Assembly (NCBI GenBank): GCA_023245355.1
Contig: JAHFKN010000001.1
Coordinates: 268,596-332,595, forward strand
Direction of reading: 5' to 3'
Length of the DNA stretch: 64,000 bases
DNA from: Candidatus Gottesmanbacteria bacterium
Lineage (GTDB): Bacteria; Patescibacteriota; Microgenomatia; UBA10105; UBA927
The notes below the pieces were generated by a model, which was given only the letters and a program-made list of their open reading frames with translations, made no database searches and was not told the origin of the DNA. Every line of letters starts with the position of its first letter. Positions within the stretch are counted from its first letter, which is position 1. The position numbers were made by a program, and so were the translations under genes. Of the stretch, positions 57,548-64,000 are shown one piece after another.

Positions 57548-58576
57548 TCATGAGCGGAAGAGCGTTTTATTTGCTGTTATCCATTCGTACAGGGTTTTCA
57601 CTCCCGCTTCTACACTGATTGTTGGTTCCCATCCGAATTCTTTTTTTGCTTTCCGTATGTCTGCCACGAATATTTTCTGATCTCCCGGACGCCAATTCTC
57701 CGGCGTAACAGGAATATTTTTACCGAACAGATGTTCCAGCATGGGGCCGAATTCCTGCCACACCGAAAGCGTATTATGATGCCCTCCGCCGATGTTATAA
57801 ATTTTTCCGCGGGTTTTCGGTCCTGCTAGGATAGCCATATCATACGCGCGGATAAGATCATCGACGTGCAAAAGATCGCGCACCTGCTTACCGTCGCCAT
57901 ACAGGGACAATTTTTTCCCGAGTACGGTAGCGATGATAAACCACGCCACCCACCCCTGATCCTCCACTCCGAATTGCCGCGGCCCGTAGATACATGACTG
58001 CCGCATTACTACCGTATCGAGCCCGTAAATTCTGCTGTAGTCATGCACGTACTGGTCAGCCGCCCCTTTGGAACACCCGTACGGGGAATGAAAATCGAGC
58101 GGACGCTCCTCACTGGCGCCATACGGCAAATCCGCATATTCGTACCGGGTATCTTTTTCGACGACAGGGACATCGTCCATACCGCCGTATACTTTGTTTG
58201 TCGAAGAATAAATGAATTTTGCTCCACTGCCCGCTGCCCGCATGGCCTCCAGCATGTTAAATGTTCCCAAAGCATTGATTTCAAAATCTTCTCTGGGATT
58301 GGTAACGGACGTCGTCACAGCGACTTGAGCCGCCAGGTGAAGCACCGCATCTGCCGATGCCAAAAAAGAAATAAGTTTGCCCGTCTCTTTCACGGAACGC
58401 ATGTCACCTTTTATATAGGTAAGGTTGCCTCCTAGCCCTTTAAGCCAGGCAAGATTTTTATCCGTATTTTTACGGGACAGATTATCAAAAATGACGACCT
58501 CGGCTTTTTTCCCGAGATAATACGCGGCCGCGTTACTGCCGATGAATCCTGCCCCGCCTGTTATGACTATTTTCAT
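57548..58576 (-). CDS. rfbE: CDP-paratose/tyvelose 2-epimerase-like SDR
   Basis: HLAAQVAVTTS..NPREDFEINA.GT, SSTNKVYG, HSPYGCSKG.ADQY, RQSCIYG.RQFG.EDQGWV and RPGDQ motifs. Confidence 0.85.
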   Translation of the reverse strand: MKIVITGGAGFIGSNAAAYYLGKKAEVVIFDNLSRKNTDKNLAWLKGLGGNLTYIKGDMRSVKETGKLISFLASADAVLHLAAQVAVTTSVTNPREDFEINALGTFNMLEAMRAAGSGAKFIYSSTNKVYGGMDDVPVVEKDTRYEYADLPYGASEERPLDFHSPYGCSKGAADQYVHDYSRIYGLDTVVMRQSCIYGPRQFGVEDQGWVAWFIIATVLGKKLSLYGDGKQVRDLLHVDDLIRAYDMAILAGPKTRGKIYNIGGGHHNTLSVWQEFGPMLEHLFGKNIPVTPENWRPGDQKIFVADIRKAKKEFGWEPTISVEAGVKTLYEWITANKTLFRS

Positions 58577-58581
58577 ATGTG

Positions 58582-59382
58582 TTACGGGAGCGGCACGTTA
58601 AAATTCAGCTCCTTATCAAACCGCCATTTCCGTTTATTGAGGTTATCATAATAGTGCAATATATGCAGCCGGTAATACACCGCGAATGTATCCCACAGCA
58701 TGCTCGATATTGTTTTCAAAACGCTTAGCGATGTAATGCTGGATCCTCCGAAATCGAGTTCGACCGGTGATTCAAAAATACGCCGGTATCCTAAGTAGTA
58801 CGCGACGGCAAGAATTTCAATATCAAAGGCGAATTTCTTTACCACAAGTCTGGGGAGTACGTCTTCCAGCACTTCCCTGCGGTATAATTTCATGCCGACC
58901 TGGGTATCCCGGGTATTAAGCCCGAATAGCAAACGCACGAGCTGTTGATATCCCCAGGACAATATTTTGCGGGTCAACGGGTAACGGATTTTGGATACCG
59001 GATGACGCTTGCTGCCGATAATGATATCCGCGTTGTACCATTTGTAATGTTCAATCATCATTGACAGCCCTAATTCGCTCAAATCTCCGCCTGCATCTAT
59101 AAATCCCACGACATCACCGCGGCTTTTTCCCATACCAAACCGGACCGCATACCCTTTGCCGTGGTTTGTTTTATACCCGGTAACGGTAATTTTGTCGGAA
59201 CGGACTTTTTTGGCCTCCTCAAAACTTGCATCATCGAATCCGTCAATTACCACAATCACCTCATACGGAGTGGCAAGCAGTTCGAGTTCACCGAGGATAT
59301 TCTGCAGCTGTTTCCGGATCGTCCGTTCCTGACGATACACGGGAATGATGAGAGACAGCAATTTAATGGTTTTTGACCGCAT
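58582..59382 (-). CDS. GT2 polyprenyl-phosphate sugar synthase-like (DPM/DPG synthase family)
   Basis: NHGKGYAVR.G, FIDAG, IGSKRH, DTQVGMK and FAFDIEIL motifs. Confidence 0.8.
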   Translation of the reverse strand: MRSKTIKLLSLIIPVYRQERTIRKQLQNILGELELLATPYEVIVVIDGFDDASFEEAKKVRSDKITVTGYKTNHGKGYAVRFGMGKSRGDVVGFIDAGGDLSELGLSMMIEHYKWYNADIIIGSKRHPVSKIRYPLTRKILSWGYQQLVRLLFGLNTRDTQVGMKLYRREVLEDVLPRLVVKKFAFDIEILAVAYYLGYRRIFESPVELDFGGSSITSLSVLKTISSMLWDTFAVYYRLHILHYYDNLNKRKWRFDKELNFNVPLP

Positions 59383-60622
59383 GGCGATAGTATAACAAAA
59401 GGCCGGTAAATAAACCGGTTAATGTCAGGCAATTTACCCATAAAATGGCGCTGATATCGGAGTGATACAGCGTAATTGCCGCTATCTGTATAAGCGACGC
59501 TGTTGCCACAAAAAGCCAAACCAGTACATTTCCCCGGCCAAGAAGTGTCATCATCAGAAGATAAGAAAGCGAGTACAAAGACAAGAATACGCCGAACCAT
59601 CCTAAATACGGAGCCGCGGGAAAATAGGAAGACCCGAACAGTAACAGAAGCGCCAGTTTCGGAAGCAACGCATAGCCGGCGGTAATCCCCAGGGATATTA
59701 CACCGATGGCAGCCAACGCGGAATACACCAGACGCCGGGAATCAGACTGCTCCTTCGCCCGCTCTGCCACCACGGGAAACAGCACATAGGATATACTGCT
59801 GCCGGCAAAAAATATTATTTTCCCCATGACGGAGAGCGCCGCATAATATCCTGCTTCGACAGGCGGCAGAAAATGTTTCGCCAGCAGAATATCCGTGCTA
59901 TACAGCGACGTCATCCCGAGCATGGAAATAAGCGAGGGAAACGAATATGAAACCAGTTCTTTGGTACTGATATTCGGGGGCTCCTCTTTTGCCCGGTACA
60001 GAAACCTGAGCGGAATAAAATACGCGAGCAGGCCGATCACCCCGGTGATAAGACCGGCGGCAACCGTTTCCACTACCCCCATCATCGCACCCAGTGCGCC
60101 TCCTCCCAGACGGAGAAGGGCTATGACATTTGTCAGTATCATCGCAGGGACGAACATCTGGAATCCCTGAAGCAGACTCGCCTGGATAACGGTCACGAAC
60201 CAGAGTGCGGACGTAAGATACATGAAAAGCACCGAAATATGACGATCGATATGCAGAAATCCTGAAATAATACCGGTAAGCGGCCATATGACGGCAGTAC
60301 CAATGAGGGATATGACGACGATCCGCTTCATCACAAACAGACTCAAAGACTTTGCTTTCCCGACTTCCTGCTTCGCACGGAACCCTGCAATATATTTTGT
60401 AAGCACTGTCTGCAGAACCAGGGAGGGAACGTTTAACAGATACGAAAACGAAAAAAGAGACGCCAGTTCGCCGTACTGCTGGGGGCCCAGAAGCCTGCCC
60501 ACGATGAGATGATACGCATACGCACCGATATTGGCCAGTGTCGTGCCCGCAAGCACTATCGCACTGCCCCGTGCCAGCGGATGAGAGGCCATATGCGATA
60601 TTTTTTCAGCGATGCGCTTCAT
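59363..60622 (-). CDS. wzx: Wzx-type oligosaccharide flippase
   Basis: About 12 TM; YHLIVGRLLGPQQYGE, DILLAKHFL..AGYYAA..GKIIFF and LFP motifs. Confidence 0.82.
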   Translation of the reverse strand: MKRIAEKISHMASHPLARGSAIVLAGTTLANIGAYAYHLIVGRLLGPQQYGELASLFSFSYLLNVPSLVLQTVLTKYIAGFRAKQEVGKAKSLSLFVMKRIVVISLIGTAVIWPLTGIISGFLHIDRHISVLFMYLTSALWFVTVIQASLLQGFQMFVPAMILTNVIALLRLGGGALGAMMGVVETVAAGLITGVIGLLAYFIPLRFLYRAKEEPPNISTKELVSYSFPSLISMLGMTSLYSTDILLAKHFLPPVEAGYYAALSVMGKIIFFAGSSISYVLFPVVAERAKEQSDSRRLVYSALAAIGVISLGITAGYALLPKLALLLLFGSSYFPAAPYLGWFGVFLSLYSLSYLLMMTLLGRGNVLVWLFVATASLIQIAAITLYHSDISAILWVNCLTLTGLFTGLLLYYRHAVKNH

Positions 60623-61322
60623 GAAGGGATGATTTCGGTTTCCACCAGCGGTATTTGATAAGCGTAATAAGCGCAACGATTCCATCCCGCCAGGTAAGTT
60701 TCTTCCCCTCCTCAAATTTCCTGCCGAAGTATGAGATAGGGACTTCATAAATCTGATGGCCGCTCCGCAACAGCTTTACGGTAATCTCCGGCTCGAAGTC
60801 GAACCGCTTTGCTCTGATGTCAAAATCTTTGACTGCCGCTTTGCGGAATGCTTTGTAGCCGGTTTCCATGTCGGTAATATTTGTGTTGTAGAGGATGTTG
60901 GTAACAAATGTCACGAATTTATTTCCCAGCGCATAGACAAACATGGTTGAAAGATGTGAGCCCAGAAACCGTGATCCGTATACTGCCGTCACTCTGTCAT
61001 TTTCAAACGGTGCAAGCAGAATCGGATAATCATCAGGACTATACTCCAGATCAGCATCCTGAATAAGGATGATGTCGCCGGTAGCCCGCCGGAGCCCGGC
61101 CGTCACGGCCGCTCCCTTCCCCTGGTTGCGCAGCAGATTCACCACGGTAACGCGATCCTGCCATTTCTTAAGAATAGTGGCTGTCGTATCCACCGACCCG
61201 TCATCCACGACAATAATCTCTTTTTGCCAGCCGGGAAGTGCCGCTTTCGTCACACGCTCCAACACCTCACGGATTGTTTTTGCTTCGTTATATGTCGGAA
61301 TGATAATGGATATCGTTTTCAT
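60606..61322 (-). CDS. GT2 polyprenyl-phosphate sugar synthase-like (DPM1 family)
   Basis: IPTYNE, VDDGS, NQGKGAA, QDADLEYSP, DMETGYK, FEPEIT and EGKKLTWRDG motifs. Confidence 0.85.
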   Translation of the reverse strand: MKTISIIIPTYNEAKTIREVLERVTKAALPGWQKEIIVVDDGSVDTTATILKKWQDRVTVVNLLRNQGKGAAVTAGLRRATGDIILIQDADLEYSPDDYPILLAPFENDRVTAVYGSRFLGSHLSTMFVYALGNKFVTFVTNILYNTNITDMETGYKAFRKAAVKDFDIRAKRFDFEPEITVKLLRSGHQIYEVPISYFGRKFEEGKKLTWRDGIVALITLIKYRWWKPKSSLHEAHR

Positions 61323-61336
61323 AATATTCCTTGCAA

Positions 61337-62395
61337 TCAGCGTACCGTCCGCTCATAGACCTCTACGGTTTCCCGGGCCACCCGCCGCCAGCTGAAGTGA
61401 CTGACCCACTCAAACCCGCGTTTTACGAGTTCCTGTTTCTCGGATACATCCAGCTGTAATACCTCCAGAACGGATTTTGCAAACCCTGCAGTATCGGAAG
61501 GGTTAAATACGCGCGCCGGACCGGCTATTTCGGGCACACTTGCCCGGTTCGTCACGACGACCGGCACGCCGCAGGCCATGGCTTCCAATACCGGGAATCC
61601 GAATCCCTCGTACCACGACGGTAACACGACGCAATCGGCACCCGAATACACCCCTGCCATATCCTCGGCTTTTATAAATCCCGGGTGCACGATGTATTTT
61701 GTCAGCCCCAAAGACTCGATAAGATGAAAAATCTCACGCGTCTCCCGGATTTCCATATCCGTAAATGCCGACCCGGCCAGCACCAGTTTACAATCCCGTG
61801 ATTTAGAAAGCTTACCCCGCACTATTTTCCAGGCATTGATAAGACCGGTCACGTTTTTATTCCAATTCACGTCTCCTATGTACAGGACATATTCCTGCGG
61901 CAGATGGTACCGTTTCCGTATATCTTCCAAAGCGCTTTCACTCCGCACCTGTTTGTAATTCGGGCTCGGAGCCAACGGAACCACATGAACCCATTCAGGC
62001 TTTCTGCCGGTCAGACGCAGAATATCGTCCTTACTGCATTTGGAATCGGTTATGACTCCCGATGAACCCAGAAGCGACAGGCGCTGAATCTGCCATTTGA
62101 ATTTCCCGCGCACTCCCGGGGGAAATTTATCCGGAAACACCAACGGAATGACATCGTGAACCGTTACGACGGTCGGGAATCGTTTATTAAACGGCAGCGT
62201 CAGGAAAAAGGGGTCAAAAAAAGGATAATGCACGATATGGGTACCCCGCGGGATATCCTCTATACGGGTAAAAAACGAATATGAATGTCCTTTTTCGTAT
62301 TTTTGCAGGGCATCTATCAGATTTTTGGTATAGACGCCTGTTCCCCGCATCCGGTGTTCGGTCGAAAGCGGCAATGTATTAATCGCTATGTTCAT
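61337..62395 (-). CDS. GT4 glycosyltransferase
   Basis: RGTGVY, TVHDVIP, YIGDVNWNKN and EGFGFPVLEAMACG motifs. Confidence 0.88.
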   Translation of the reverse strand: MNIAINTLPLSTEHRMRGTGVYTKNLIDALQKYEKGHSYSFFTRIEDIPRGTHIVHYPFFDPFFLTLPFNKRFPTVVTVHDVIPLVFPDKFPPGVRGKFKWQIQRLSLLGSSGVITDSKCSKDDILRLTGRKPEWVHVVPLAPSPNYKQVRSESALEDIRKRYHLPQEYVLYIGDVNWNKNVTGLINAWKIVRGKLSKSRDCKLVLAGSAFTDMEIRETREIFHLIESLGLTKYIVHPGFIKAEDMAGVYSGADCVVLPSWYEGFGFPVLEAMACGVPVVVTNRASVPEIAGPARVFNPSDTAGFAKSVLEVLQLDVSEKQELVKRGFEWVSHFSWRRVARETVEVYERTVR

Positions 62396-63936
62396 AAGGG
62401 TTTATGCTTCCTGAGTATAAATGAAACGGACAAAGCGGACAACGAAAGAATGCTTATTGCTGCCGCAGCAGTCTGCAGCGGTGTTCTCCCCAACCATATG
62501 CGTATCTTGTGATCCCCTTTCGGAACAGACAGCGATACCAGTCCGTTTGCATCAGGCGAAGCGGCAATCTGTCTTTCGTCCACGCGCGCCTGCCAGCCGG
62601 GATAATACGCGACGGGGGCACTAAATACCGCAGATTCCGATGCAGTCACGGTAAATATGTATGAGGTGGGTGCCTGTTTAGTCACTCCGGTAACCGTACC
62701 GGAAAATACAGTATCTTTCCGGGGCGAACCCGCAAGCCAGACAGTCTGAAACATATCCCCGAGCGACGACGTACCGCTCGTAAATGACGGGTTCTCCAGA
62801 TACTGAGCATCAGTCCGCATCTCATACATCACCGGCCTTGCGTAATGGTAGGCAAACAACACGGAAAGCAACATCAGAATAATTCCCCATTTGGGCAGCT
62901 TACCGGTCACCAATCCGGCCAGTATCGGGGTCGCGATAACAAAAACGGACAGTAACCGCCAGGGAAACTGCATGAACCGGATAAACGGCAAAGCTGCCCA
63001 CAGGAACGCCGCATATTCGGTCATGAGAAACGCCGAAACCGTAATACCCGTCAGGGCAAGTATGCTGTACCACCGCACGGACGCGGACATCTTCGTGCGT
63101 TTGAGGACAAGTATTCCTGCGGTAACCAACACAAGAAGAGGAATAATACCTATCTGAAATGACATTTGATCCCCGAGTCCCGGTACGGAATATCCGCTTC
63201 CCCACGAAGGAAACAGCATCTGTACCAGTGCGGGAAAGTGATCTCTGTAATCTACCGTATTTAGGCCGGTAACATATGCCCGTTCCAAAAGCGCAGGCAG
63301 CCAAAAGTATGCTGAGAGACCTATACCCGCCGCCCAATACACGAGCATCTTCCTGGTTTTTGCCGCGGCAATGCATAGCACCGGAACAAATATCATGGCC
63401 AGAATGTTATGTGAAAGAATGAGCGCGCCGACTGCAAACGCAAACAAACGCGGTTTAACATAGGCAAGTGCACAGAGTGCAAGCATCACAAACGACAGCG
63501 CCCATACTTCTCCGACCGATCCGCGGACATAGATATCGACGAACCAGTACGGTACGTAGGAAAATATGACGGTTGCGATAACGGCTGTTTTCATACCGAA
63601 TTCTTTTTTTATAAACAAATAACACCACACCACGGCAGTCAGGTACCCCAATGCCATCGTCCATTTGAAACTGTCCACGAAACTCAAACCGAATACATGG
63701 AAGAAACTTCCGATATAGTTCGGGAACGGATAGTTAAAGGTAAATAACGGAATTCCCAGTCCGTTGTTTAAATCCGGCGCCCACCGCGGAAACCACTGAC
63801 CGGAGGAAAGCATGGTAAAAAACTGCCAGAACCTGATGATGTGGTATTCCCCGTCATGCGTCGGGATAAACTTTGAACCGAAAAGCGGCAATGAAGCGAT
63901 AAACGCCGGGATCAGTGCGAGGAACAATGCGGTCAT
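62392..63936 (-). CDS. GT-C-like membrane protein (PTPS-related/YfhO family)
   Basis: THDGEYH after TM1, PRWAPDLN.G.G.PLF.F.YP, YVRG, QFPWR and YYPGW; C-terminal TM. Confidence 0.75.
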   Translation of the reverse strand: MTALFLALIPAFIASLPLFGSKFIPTHDGEYHIIRFWQFFTMLSSGQWFPRWAPDLNNGLGIPLFTFNYPFPNYIGSFFHVFGLSFVDSFKWTMALGYLTAVVWCYLFIKKEFGMKTAVIATVIFSYVPYWFVDIYVRGSVGEVWALSFVMLALCALAYVKPRLFAFAVGALILSHNILAMIFVPVLCIAAAKTRKMLVYWAAGIGLSAYFWLPALLERAYVTGLNTVDYRDHFPALVQMLFPSWGSGYSVPGLGDQMSFQIGIIPLLVLVTAGILVLKRTKMSASVRWYSILALTGITVSAFLMTEYAAFLWAALPFIRFMQFPWRLLSVFVIATPILAGLVTGKLPKWGIILMLLSVLFAYHYARPVMYEMRTDAQYLENPSFTSGTSSLGDMFQTVWLAGSPRKDTVFSGTVTGVTKQAPTSYIFTVTASESAVFSAPVAYYPGWQARVDERQIAASPDANGLVSLSVPKGDHKIRIWLGRTPLQTAAAAISILSLSALSVSFILRKHKPL

Positions 63937-64000
63937 AGGTACCTTTTAAGCAGAGTAAACGGCCGCAGTATTTTTTTCCGGAACCGGATACAGATATATA

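Noticed and set aside
63933-64000. Possible C-terminus of an upstream gene (...IRFRKKILRPFTLLKRYL*, ATGA overlap)
   Set aside because: Too short to fix the frame or function.
1-64000. CRISPR arrays, tRNA/rRNA, IS elements, integrases, prophage or defence genes
   Set aside because: No regularly spaced repeats, cloverleaf structures, terminal inverted repeats or relevant protein motifs were seen by eye.
1-64000. Alternative genetic code (UGA=Gly, as in Gracilibacteria/Absconditabacteria)
   Set aside because: Genes are full length under code 11 and several end in TGA within ATGA overlaps.

Overview
A gene-dense window, almost entirely on the minus strand, using standard genetic code 11. Gene content suggests a Patescibacteria/CPR (Microgenomates-like) bacterium, but that is an inference. 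The left ~17.4 kb is an expanded division/cell-wall cluster: mraZ-rsmH-ftsL-ftsI-murE-pgeF-murC-murB-murA-glmU(archaeal-type)-alpha/beta hydrolase-murF-DegT aminotransferase-CvpA/CAP-MBL hydrolase-Fem ligase-undecaprenol kinase-mraY(partial). MraZ boxes lie upstream of mraZ. The middle holds glyQS, recO and a DUF4012 gene. The right ~41 kb is a very large surface-glycan locus with a PGT, ManC, many GT2/GT4 enzymes, a Wzx flippase, a WaaL-like/GT-C fusion, four more GT-C-like membrane proteins, eight nucleotide-sugar SDRs, and acetyl- and methyltransferases. The most striking non-coding signal is a minimal glycine T-box riboswitch upstream of glyQS (about 19746-19893). It has an ultra-short K-turn Stem I with GGC in the apical loop, no recognisable Stem II/IIA-B, a canonical UGGAACC antiterminator and an intrinsic terminator. 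Many genes appear to have leaderless promoters. No tRNA, rRNA, CRISPR array or mobile element was seen. All assignments come from motif recognition by eye; no database searches were run.
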